64,000 nt of DNA from Octopus vulgaris. Lineage: Eukaryota. The notes below the pieces were generated by a model. That model had not been told where the DNA came from and did no database searches. It saw only the letters and a program-made list of their open reading frames with translations. Positions 53,040-64,000 of the stretch are shown piece after piece (position 1 is the stretch's first letter; the number at the start of each line of letters is the position of its first letter). The stretch spans positions 3,782,001 to 3,846,000 of the forward strand of contig OX597822.1 in the NCBI GenBank assembly GCA_951406725.2. Reading direction: 5' to 3'. The translations under genes and the position numbers were made by a program.

Positions 53040-53520
53040 TACTCTTTTTCTTGTTTCAGTCATTTGACTGTGGCCATGCTGGAGCGCTGTCTTTTAGTCG
53101 AGCAAATCGACCCCAGGACTTGTTCTTTGTAAGCCCAGTACTTATTCTATCGTTCTCTCTTGCCGAACCGCTAAGTTACGTGGATGTAAACACACCAGCA
53201 TTGTTTGTTAAGCGATGTTGGGGGGGGGATAAACACAGACACAAAAACATATACACACACATACATTTTAATTTTGATTTTGATTTTTCCAGTTTCAGCT
53301 AATGAGCTGTGGCCATATATATATATGTATATATATATATATGTATATATATATACATATATAGGACGGGCTTCTTTCAGTTTCCCTCTACCAAATCCAC
53401 TCACACGGCTTTGGTTGGCCCGAGGTTATAGTAGAAGACTATCGGTTCCGCGCAGTGGGACTGAACCCGGAACCATGTGGTTCGTAAGCAAGTTACTTAC
53501 AACACAGCCACTCCTATGCC
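53040..53520 (-). mobile_element. SINE family 2 copy
   Basis: Same blocks as 46104-46498, with an expanded internal microsatellite. Confidence 0.85.
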
Positions 53521-53588
53521 TACATTATTTACATTATTACAATTTACGGATATTTGTCCTCATCTTGTCCACTACGCCATATGCCCAC

Positions 53589-53659
53589 GGGCATAAGGCG
53601 TAGTGATTAAGAGCGCGGGCTATCAACCCCAAGATTCTGAGTTCGATTCCAGGCAATGA

Positions 53660-53716
<57 letters not shown>

Positions 53717-53760
53717 CAACATCGAAAAATACCTTAGGAATGATAACCCAGTTTCGAAAT
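53589..53760 (+). mobile_element. tRNA-derived SINE (family 4) with internal (TAA)n
   Basis: A box-like ggcgtagtgattaag and B box gagttcgattcc. No tRNA acceptor-stem 3' half. Confidence 0.65.
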
Positions 53761-54200
53761 CCAGAGCGAATCATAGAATGTCCTCGACACTCTTACGGAA
53801 AACGACGTCCAGGCCAGATTCGAAAAGTGGCAGGAACAGTAGGACCAGTTTATTGCTGTGCAATATGACTATTTCGAAGAATGTGGTGTTAAAATCTAGG
53901 TGAATACGCTATTTTTCATCAAACATAAAATATCCGGGAATCTTTGGTACCACCTCGTTTATGGAAGGTTCTTTCCATATACATATGTATACACTTCAAA
54001 CTCGTACTATTCGCTTCCTCTTCCATTTCTCTTTCGTTCTCCCTATTCTCCTTCATTTTCTCTCTCCTCCTTCTTCCTGTTTACGTACAGAGCTTACCTT
54101 GTCTAGCGTCCCCCATCAGTTGCAGCCATTTAACCAGAGAATTGTATGCAGAGAATTATTATGTTGGTATTAGCGTATTACTAAATTCAAATATATGTTA

Positions 54201-54553
54201 CTAGCAGTATCGCCCAGCGTTGCTCGGGTTTGTAAGGGAAATAACTATATAAGCATTTTTAGAGAGTTCTAGCAAAAAAATAGCAAAAAAATGCATTAAA
54301 ATCGTAGACATTTTTAGAGAGTTACTTCCCTTATATAATAGCGAAAAAATGCATTAAAATGGAAAAAAATTATGGTAAATTATTTTTAAAATTGTAGACT
54401 CATCGTAGACGCGCGCTAATATCCAGAAGGGCTTGATATGAATCACGACTATAAGATACCCGGTTTTGGTTACACTGCACCGCAAAATGTGGGAGTAGTT
54501 AGGAATCTAAATCGTAGGAGACAGACACACAACTTTACTTTTATATATAAAGA
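54201..54553 (-). mobile_element. Non-autonomous Helitron, both ends present
   Basis: The minus strand starts A|TCTTTATATATAAAAG and ends with hairpin cccgagcaacgctggg followed by CTAG|T. Confidence 0.85.
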
Positions 54554-54639
54554 TTTTCGCATCCAAATTATAGTAGCATCAACTGTATTGTCCTTCTTAT
54601 CTGATCATGGTTTTTCTAAGTTGGGGTGTTCCTGACACA

Positions 54640-55010
54640 AAACGTAACATTAAATTGTTGAAAGCAACAGGCTTTTCTATTAAGTAGCTACCCAGAAAGT
54701 GATACTCATTTCAGATAAAACCTTACACCGTCAATTGAAAAGTATGTATAACCACCTACGAAACAGGAAAATTAGACATTTTGTGTATGATATGACGTAC
54801 ATGGAGAGACAATGTGGAAACGACATCACAATGTACATAGGGGAGACATCGCAAAGCCTACGTGAAAGATTTGCAGAACAATAGGGAGAGCAATTAAAGC
54901 AGTTTATCACAATGTCTAACTAATACATTATGGCTCAATAAAGTCATTCCAGACAACCAGCTTTACAAGTTAAACAGACTGTGAAATGTATGATGTAGAT
55001 CCCATTCATT
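54640..55010 (+). pseudogene. Decayed Penelope-type GIY-YIG fragment
   Basis: FVYDMTY..RQC...MYIGETSQSLRERFAEQ parallels the 24.4-kb motif. Confidence 0.65.
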
Positions 55011-55362
55011 CACAATTAATATGAAGAATGAATGATTACGATAACTTAGAAATAAAGCAATATAAAAATAATGTTAAAATATATCCAAAAACATTTTCTA
55101 ATTGTCTACACACTGAGACATTTGTTTTGATACTAAATAAAACAATAGTGTTACGTAAACGAAAATGCCATCAATTTGCAAGCATGATACAACAGAAATG
55201 TTAAAACAGCAAAAATAAAGCAGATATAAACAGTAGAATAAGCATTGAAAATATAAAATATACACTCGGGGAGAAAACTAAAGATTGGTTTGGCGAAAAA
55301 TATTTCGGGAAAATGTTTCAAAAGAAATATATAAATGAACAATAGACAAGCAACAACCGGTA

Positions 55363-55531
<169 letters not shown>

Positions 55532-55612
55532 CTTCTTAATTTTGGCTCTTCACAAAGGTAACAAATTTGGTTTCGACACACGTTTTCAGATCGAAATTCT
55601 TGCAAAACAAAT

Positions 55613-55647
<35 letters not shown>

Positions 55648-56350
55648 ACAGACACACATATATATATATATACACACATATAAATGATTGGAATATTCAT
55701 CTATGCGGGGGAATACAAAAAGATATTTTAATACAGATACAAAACTAATTGATGAATGAAGATTTGCTTATCAGCCAGACAGCTTAGGATCTGTAATATC
55801 TCAAATCAATTTGCAGCCGTGTATAGGTGTGTATGTGGGCATATCTCTGTGTGTGTGTGTGTATGTGCGCGTGCGTGCTTTTGTGTTTGTCAGTGTGTGT
55901 GAGTATGTACGTGTGCGTGCTTGTGTGTGTGTGTTGCGATGAATAAGTGGAAAACAGAGGAAAGGTGAAAACAGAGTTTACGTTTACGATATTGTTAAGC
56001 TATGTTTGATAGTTCGATTAACATAAGTGAATATTCCGGTTCTTTGCTAAAGTATAAAGTAATATGAAACCCAATTTATTAAATTCTCGTTTATTTATGG
56101 CACGTTATGTGATTCGAGATGTGCATCCAACTGTTATGTCTTTCTCGAGAATTTGGTTCCAGCTATGTGGACAAGCGGTTCGGCAATCTGAAAATACGGT
56201 CGACTGACTAATGTACCAAGAAAGACAGACATTAATATAGCTATTTTCTAGGCATTTTTTTGAAATATATATTTGTTTCTGAAATTGTTAGGCGAGTAGC
56301 GTACGAAACTAAAAATTATGATGCCATATATATAATTGAGTTTGTATGTA

Positions 56351-56430
<80 letters not shown>

Positions 56431-56486
56431 TGTGTGTGTGCATATGGGGGGGGACGCGTATTCACACACACAAACACACTCACATA

Positions 56487-56830
56487 TCTCTCTATATATA
56501 AAACTGAGAATGTGTGTCTGTCTGTCTGTCTGTGTGTTTCCCTAAAACTTGAGAACTACACCACCAATTTCATTCAAATTTTACACATGTCTTACTTAGG
56601 GTCCTGGGAGTGTCATCGGCAAAAAAAGTTTTAACTTTTTGCCTAGGGCGAGCCCACAGCAATATTATATCTTCTCCACTACGATTCCCTAAAACCTGAG
56701 AACTACACAACCAATTTCATTCAAATTTTACACATGCCTTACTTAGGGTCCATGTCGTTTCATGGGCAAAAAATGTTTAACTTCTTGCCTAGAGCGAGCC
56801 CATAGCAATATCATATCTTCTCCACTATTT
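56487..56830 (+). mobile_element. Helitron-type 5' end with an internal ~145-bp tandem duplication
   Basis: A|TCTCTCTATATATAAAACTGAG...tgtctgtctg. The ttccctaaaac.tgagaactacac...cttctccacta block occurs twice. 3' end not found. Confidence 0.65.
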
Positions 56831-58369
56831 CAGTATTACGTGTTAAAAGTGAAACAAAAACATTTCTCTATTTTATGTCAGATGCTTTCACTTTAACAAT
56901 AAAAATAATATATGTAGTAAGTAATAATTAAAATCAAACTAAAGTATAATATAATCGTAACATAACAAAAGTAAAAATAGCAATTGGTATAAAGTTGCAT
57001 CAATGACTTGAACTTGAATAAGTGGTTTCACATGAATGGGAATAAATTAAAAATAAAATTAGCGTGCAGAAATGGAATAGTCCAGATGGAGCTGTGCTTT
57101 TACATTAGATTATCTGCTAATTAGCTAACATTAAGTATCTATATGAAGTTTGACTGTATGTAATATCTGTTTTCTCGAACAGCCGCTCCTGTTGTTTTAT
57201 TTCTTATACATAAAGGACTAAAGTTTCAACTGCTTACTACTTTCTGACTCATTGTAAGGTTTGTTGTTGTTATTATTATTACTGTTTAACTATTGTTATC
57301 ACGTTTGTTGGTTCCTCGTAAAGGAAACATTGTTGTGTTGCATTTGTTAAATCATTGTAAACTGTAACCCTCCCCCTTTGGGAGAAGGAGCTTTGGTTAT
57401 TGTTTAAAAATTGAATTGTGTCCCTGTTTCGGGAAATTGATAATATTTTCACCGTTTACACGGAAGCATTTTTGTTAGAATGCGTTCGATAGAAGAAAGT
57501 TCAAAAATGAATTTCGCTGCACCCGTCGGCGGGCGCGAACTCATTGAAATTAAAATGGAAGAAATACGGATTGATCACCAAACGAAATTAAAAAATTAAA
57601 TTAAAGAAAAGACTATTGTCTATAAAGTATACAATGTAGAAAAAAAAAGATTTGAACACCTGGAGGAAAGCACCATCGAAAAGTGTCTTGGTGCGACTAT
57701 GAAAGATATCTAACCAGAGGCGGTAAATTCGCCACAATAGAAGCAAGGTTCGAGTCAACGGAGCGTGCAAGGGAGTACTCGACTCGAACCTGCAAAGTGG
57801 AAATATTTTATTTTTACCTTTATATCTGGGACGTAGGACGTCCCGGATAAAAAATTAATATGTCCCCTCCAGAAGTAGAGGTAGGCTGGATTGTAGCCAC
57901 ACTTCTATACAAGAGGGAGGACAAGATACAATTGATCGAAATTGCAAGAGACGGGCCTACAATTCCAGTCTGTTATATATTTTGAGTATTGTTATCTAAG
58001 ATTACTTACTGTAACCCACCAGTATGTGTGAAGTCGGCACGTTAGGGCCGACAGTAGGCGTCTAAAGCACTAAACAAAAGAATACTAAAACTCCATGAAG
58101 ACCGAGTCACCGCGTCTTCTGAACCACCAACTAGGTAAATGACCCATTTCCTTCGCATCTCTTTACTTTTCAACCTGCAATTTGATCTTAAGAGTGGGTA
58201 GCATAAGTGAACATGATCTGGGGTCGTCCTGGAAACTGGGTTGCCTGCTCAGATCGGCATGTTTGGACGTGATAGGGCGCATGCTCAAATTCATAAGAGT
58301 CGTTTCGATGGATTTCGGTGGTAGAATCGCAAAGACGCAACAAAGCGGCTCTTGACTCGGAGTCTGGTG

Positions 58370-58735
58370 TTCTGCGAACCGCCAATAACAGGTGACGATA
58401 TGCGAGAAGCGATGATGTGTTGTACAGTGGGGAAGTTGCCGGGGCTGAATTTACCCCAAAAGCTTTATCGTCATATGCCAGATTTGTTGGAGGAACTCTT
58501 GGCAGGTGTCTACCGCAACTGGAAGCAGAACGCTAGGTTTTACAGTTGTTCCAAAAGAATAGTGGTGCTACTAAGAAAGGACCCAAACAGAGGGATGAAT
58601 TTTCATAATTTCATGCCTTTAACTCTTCTAAATGTAGAGTTAATGATGTTGGCCAATGTATAAGCAATGAGATTGGCAGTTGTCGTCGATGCTCTGTAAG
58701 TGAGGCACAGGCGTACACCGTACCTAACAGATCTA
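58370..58735 (+). pseudogene. L1/Tx1-like LINE reverse transcriptase fragment
   Basis: PITGDDMREAM...GKLPGL.LP..LY...VVLLRKD...NFMPLTLLNVELMMLANV*A.RL...Q...VPNRSI. Confidence 0.75.
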
Positions 58736-61044
58736 TCTCTTCCTTTGTCTCTCTGTGTGCGCCCGCGCGTGTGTGCGTGTGTGCATGCGTGCATGCGTGC
58801 CTCTGTGTGTGTGTATGTATGTGTATATGCACGTGCGTGCGTGTGCGTGTGAAGATACATAGACTAATGGTAGGTGTATAAAACTTGCGATACTAAGCCT
58901 ATGTGTATGATTTATTGACCGAAAGATGAGATGTTTTCTGGTGCAACAACTTCATGTCCCCTTGTTTCATTTTCTTTCTCTGTGTGTGCCAAGCCCACAA
59001 GCAGTAGATATGGTTAATCCATGACCAGATCTGCAGATTCATGATCTGAAGCATTGCCTTCTGCCAGATTATTTACGGGATAATCTAATGGGATCCTGCT
59101 CTCCCAAGCTTAACTTTGAGGCACAACACCTGTTTCATCTGTTAGGTAGGGGAACTTCTTCACACGATATCCTGGACGGTTCACTGAATGAAGTGTTGTA
59201 GATCCGAGACGATGTCTACTGGTGACGATTATTTTGCTCATAAGTCCCATTACTCAATTTTCAAATTGGACTATACAACAACAACATCAAAATACACTTG
59301 CACAATTAGGATCACATTTCGCCCTTATTCTGAAGCAGCATTTCATATTTGCCCCATACACTACTTCTCAAAACTAACCTCCTTTTGTGCATGTGTGAGT
59401 GCATTAGCTTAGAGACAAAGTCCCGTTGCATTCTTTATGCGATTATTTGAGTGTACTATTTCAATACTTGCAGTCAACTGCCAGTGTAGACAAAGCAGTA
59501 CATTTCATGTCACACTTCGATGATGAAACATCTTCGCGGGCGAGGAAGATTGTCTCAATTTGCTCAGTGGATTCCCCATCATCTGACTGTTTCTCAGCTT
59601 AACCCAAGTGTTGCCCCTTGCTTGTCATTGACGCAAACTTTACCGAGTTTTCTCTGAGAAGAGACATCACAATTGGTAAAAAAGGGGCCCACCTTATAAT
59701 CATATCTAACGAATAACCATATTCAAGGAATATCTATATTCAAACAGAACTACACGCAAAAAGTTATGCTCTTTGCTTTGTGGGTTCTAAAGTGAGTCAT
59801 CTATTATAAAATATTATAACAAGGAAACGAGGCATGACGCAAATATTTTAGCTTCCAATCATTGGTCAACCATAAAGGGGTGTTGCGCGTGTAAGATAAA
59901 GCAGGATTATGGCACTAAATACGAGTTTTACTTCCTCTTCCTTACTTTATTCCATCCATCATTCTTGTATATTATTGCAACATTTTTACATGAGAAGTTC
60001 ATTAATTGTGAAGTGGTTAAATATAGTATTGACTGTTTCTTTGTTTTAGTAATTTTCTCAATAAATGTCATTATGTTATCAATAAGGATGAAAAATATTA
60101 TTTTGATTAAATATATCAATTAAGACCAAAGACGAATTTGTTTCTTTCTTACTTTGAAATGTCTCAGAGGTTTCTTTCCAATATAATATATCTGTGTGCT
60201 TGTGTGTGCGTATGTGTGTGTATCTGTGCATGTATGTTTATATATACGTATATATATATACACTCACACACACAGATATTTATATATATACTCTCACGCA
60301 GATATATATATACATATATATATATATACATATACTCATATACATATATATGCCTGGATATTCATACATGTGTAGATATATTTTTGAGTGGGTCTTTGTA
60401 TGTATGAGTGTGTAAGTGTGTATGTGGGTGAGAGAGATAGAGTGTGTGTGTGTATCTGTGTGTACGTGTCAAAAAAGAGCAGCAGATATGTTATATAGAA
60501 AACATGACTATTTTCGAATTTAATTTCACACTTCTACAACTTTATATAGAGTTACATACACACACAAAAGAATAACAATACTAGTTGTGTTAATAGGAAA
60601 ATACTAACAAAAACGTCAACACTTAGTTACATCACACTTAAAATAAGTAACAAAATCTATCAGGACTTAACCAAAGCGTAATTCTTAAACAAGGGTTTCA
60701 GGTATTTATTAGTTATAACAGTATACCCATGATGGTTCGCGGCCTACTGCTAAGCGCGTAAACACCGCGTCATAACTGTCGTCTTTATGAAGTTGCCGGA
60801 AAGACGTTGAAACATTAATGGACTAATGGACGCACGAATGGTTTGGTCGAAATGAAGCATAAATGTTTTATAAAGAAATATGAAAACATTCTTAATATAA
60901 AAGAATAAACAGGAGACATTTTCATGTCTTTAACATCTTTGTGTGTGCAAGTACCAGTTTCTTTTATACATACGCATATATAGAGAGAGATATTATACAT
61001 GCGTATACATACATATACATGTTATGCATGTATGATATATGTAA

Positions 61045-61107
<63 letters not shown>

Positions 61108-61161
61108 CATATATATACATATATACACATATATATGCATATACATATATATTATATATAC

Positions 61162-61192
<31 letters not shown>

Positions 61193-61410
61193 AAGTTAAT
61201 CCAAACATGAAAACACAAAGAGAAAATACAACAACGCGAGGACGTGGAACAAGTATAGTATTATTGGACGCTCAGGAAAGAAGGAAAGAAGGAGGGTTTA
61301 ACTTTTCGAGCGGAGCTCTTCGTCAGAAACATAGGAAAAGGAAAGAGCCAAAGAAGGGAATACGGAGAAAAAAAATCGCCTACGGTACACACGCAGTCAC
61401 ATTTTGAATG
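61193..61410 (-). repeat. (TA)n-embedded interspersed repeat with a hammerhead-like core
   Basis: Minus strand ctgacga-agagctccgctc-gaaa. A related copy lies at about 17060-17240. Confidence 0.5.
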
Positions 61411-61414
61411 TGAC

Positions 61415-61467
<53 letters not shown>

Positions 61468-62018
61468 ACGCTTATAAAGGAAATACAGAACTATGTTATA
61501 ACGCTTTAAGCACTCAACTATTAGTGCATTGCATCTTAAAGTAGAAATATTGCAAGTACATAACATAATTGTTTATTTCCTTTGCCAAACCAATTTCTTA
61601 TAACCATTCTCTACTGGACTAACGCTTCGTCCTGAAGCTTTTGTTTATTGAGTTTTAGCACCAGTTTATTAGCATTGCAATGCCTAGGTGAAATATTAAT
61701 ATATAACGTAAATGGTATTTTAAAGCTTTATATAACAGATGCGCGTTTCTGTGGCCCATTGAAATTATTGCGTAATCCAGTTGTCATGTCTCCTCAGAAT
61801 TATCAGCGTGAAGTATATTATGCCTACTAGCTTATCCAGAGATACGATGGTTATACGGTGTGCGAGCTGTATTTGAGGACATTTAATTTTCAGCATGTTT
61901 ATCCTTCTATTACTCTTTGCAAACTAATTAGAATGTGGTTATTTATTCATTCTTATTTCGATCTTGATCACCATGGCCGTTAAAATACTATCTCAAATAA
62001 TAAAAAAATACAAGCATA

Positions 62019-62385
62019 GGCGCAGGAGTGGCTGTGTGGTAAGTAGCTTGCTAACCAACCACATGGTTCCGGGTTCAGTCCCACTGCGTGGCATCTTGGG
62101 CAAGTGTCTTCTGCTATAGCCCCGGGCCGACCAATGCCTTGTGAGTGGATTTGGTAGACGGAAACTGAAAGAAGCCTGTCGTATATATGTATATATATAT
62201 GTATGTGTGTGTGTTTGTGTGTCTGTGTTTGTCCCCCTAGCATTGCTTGACAACCGATGCTGGTGTGTTTACGTCCCCGTCACTTAGCGGTTCGGCAAAA
62301 AGAGACCGATAGAATAAGTACTAAAGGCGGTGCTCCAGCATGGCCACAGTCAAATGACTGAAACAAGTAAAAGAGTAAAAGAGTA
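62019..62385 (+). mobile_element. SINE family 2, full length
   Basis: ggcgcaggagtggctgtgtggtaag...ccgggttcagtccc...cttgggcaagtgtcttctgctatagc...gactgaaacaagtaaaagagtaaaagagt. Confidence 0.92.
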
Positions 62386-62561
62386 TACTGTCACTGTAGA
62401 CATATGTCCGGAATATAGCGATTTAGAAATTCCCAACAATCTAAATCTTTTGTACGCTAAGTTGAGATAGAAACGGAAACCTTTGCTAGGAATATTTCAA
62501 CTGCATCAAAGAAATAAAAAAGTCTGTCTAAATTTCCAGACACTGTAAAGAGACGGCAATT

Positions 62562-62689
62562 CACTTAAGGGGTTCAAATACTATACATGGCAGCACTTAA
62601 GGGGTTCAAATATGATACATGGCAGCACTTAAGGGGTTCAAATATGATACATGGCAGCACTTAAGGGGTTCAAATACTATACATGGCAG
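62562..62689. repeat. 32-bp tandem repeat, 4 copies
   Basis: cacttaaggggttcaaata(ct/tg)atacatggcag, with no spacers. Confidence 0.95.
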
Positions 62690-63139
62690 CCGATGGAGTT
62701 ATGATTAAGAGCAATTAATTACTTAATTGTGTTTTGCATATTCAGTCTATAGAACATCGAATAATTGCCAGAAGGTTCGAAAGACAAAAGCAGAAGAGAA
62801 AGAAGGAAGGTTTTAGACGATGTAATGACTAAAAGAGGCAGAGCATCCCAGGACCCTGCTTCCAATGTAAGACAAAGAAATTGTTTATAGTCTGTAACTG
62901 AATAAGTTAAATATTATTGCTCCTTGATCCACGATTAAGATTTGTAATTTGATAGTGGCTTATTTAAAAAGAACATAAATCTCTCCCTCTCCTTTTTTCA
63001 CTCTCTCTCATACACATCTACATACACACGTATATATATACGTATATGCATACATACCTATACATATATATACCTATATATATTTATATATGTATATATT
63101 ATTTATATATACACACACACATATAAAATATACACATAT

Positions 63140-63508
63140 ATATTGTTGTATTTCGGGATGGTCATTTTTCTTTTGCCAAGCAAACACACACACACACTAT
63201 ATTAGTTCTTCACTTGTTTATTACTGTTATTTTAACTCATGTCCATTGTCCGGAAATCTGTTGTCACACATCTGTGACCTCTTCAACGGCACTTTTCGTT
63301 TTCGTGCGTGCTCTCGTTCCACTTACTCCATTCTGACGGACAATGGACATGAGTTATAGATAAGAACAATAATAAACGAGTGAAGAACACCTATTATAGT
63401 GCGTGTGTTTATTTGACATAAAAGAGAAAAAAATGATCATCCCGAAATACAACAATATTTGTTTCAACAAACGATGTCACATCAGGAATCTTGAATCTTG
63501 CAACACAA

Positions 63509-63511
<3 letters not shown>
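63140..63511. mobile_element. Short non-coding inverted-repeat element related to the Penelope pseudo-LTR at 24-25 kb
   Basis: Arms at 63140-63252 and 63337-63458. The terminal tgaccat.ccgaaata.aacaatat.tgtttcaaca.acga..tcacat...aatcttg is shared with the reverse complement of 23930-24002. Confidence 0.75.
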
Positions 63512-63561
<50 letters not shown>

Positions 63562-63748
63562 ATTTGATGATTTTGTGGAAGCACGGAATATGAACTTTTT
63601 TTTATGTGTAGCTTGCATTAAAAATATTTTTTATATGTCTGGCACAGAAGTTTTATACCTGTAAGTTAAGCAATCGGTAAATGAAAGTCGGGATGGTGAT
63701 GTTTAAGATAGCGCAATGCTATTCTTTTTCAATCAGCTACTTAACAAA

Positions 63749-64000
63749 TCTCTCTATATATAAAGCTGAAGTTGTCTGTGTATGGCAGGATCGGTAGCCT
63801 TCAACTAACACTATCTCTTCCGAGGCCCTGCGGCAAAGTTGACCAAAATTGAGAGTATGATAGAAGCAGGCTTGCTCTACCTTCCGTAGAAGAAAAAAAT
63901 TCAAATTGGACCATGTTAACAACAAACATTTTTAACATCAAAAAGGTGCTTTTTTTCTATGAAAACCCCTATTTTTTACGATTTTTTGACTGCTATGTCG
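63749..64000 (+). mobile_element. Helitron-type 5' end, running off the window
   Basis: A|TCTCTCTATATATAAAGCTGAAGTTGTCTGTG resembles the other two Helitron 5' ends. Confidence 0.6.

Noticed and set aside
53589-53665. Genuine tRNA gene
   Set aside because: A and B boxes are present, but there is no complementary acceptor stem and it continues into a repeat body. It is better explained as a SINE head, as for the other families.
62562-62689. 32-bp repeat as a CRISPR array
   Set aside because: Units are directly adjacent with no spacers, there are no cas genes, and the context is eukaryotic.

Overview
This is AT-rich, microsatellite-dense animal genomic DNA. The SINE and retrotransposon repertoire points to a cephalopod, most likely Octopus (inferred from repeat types, not searched). 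I found no intact host gene. Almost all ORF-track entries are translations of (TA)n, (CA)n, (TAA)n or (TAG)n tracts, or of SINEs. The real coding remnants are all transposon-derived: several Dong/R4-type non-LTR retrotransposons with a restriction-like endonuclease (RLE), Penelope-like GIY-YIG fragments, RTE and Tx1/L1 LINE fragments, a Tc1 transposase pseudogene and a Helitron helicase fragment. There are also non-autonomous Helitrons, MITEs and more than 30 tRNA-derived SINE copies from about 4 families. Four structures stand out. (1) Five Dong/R4 elements are stacked head to tail, separated by (TAA)n, at 9.7-16.3 kb. (2) A SINE multimer at 41.7-42.2 kb has a precisely repeated 184-bp tail-to-head junction. 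(3) A decayed ~400-bp tandem repeat at 22.2-23.1 kb carries hammerhead-ribozyme-like motifs. (4) Penelope-type inverted-repeat elements and other hammerhead-like remnants are scattered through the window. Coordinates were read by eye, and the ends of degraded repeats are approximate.
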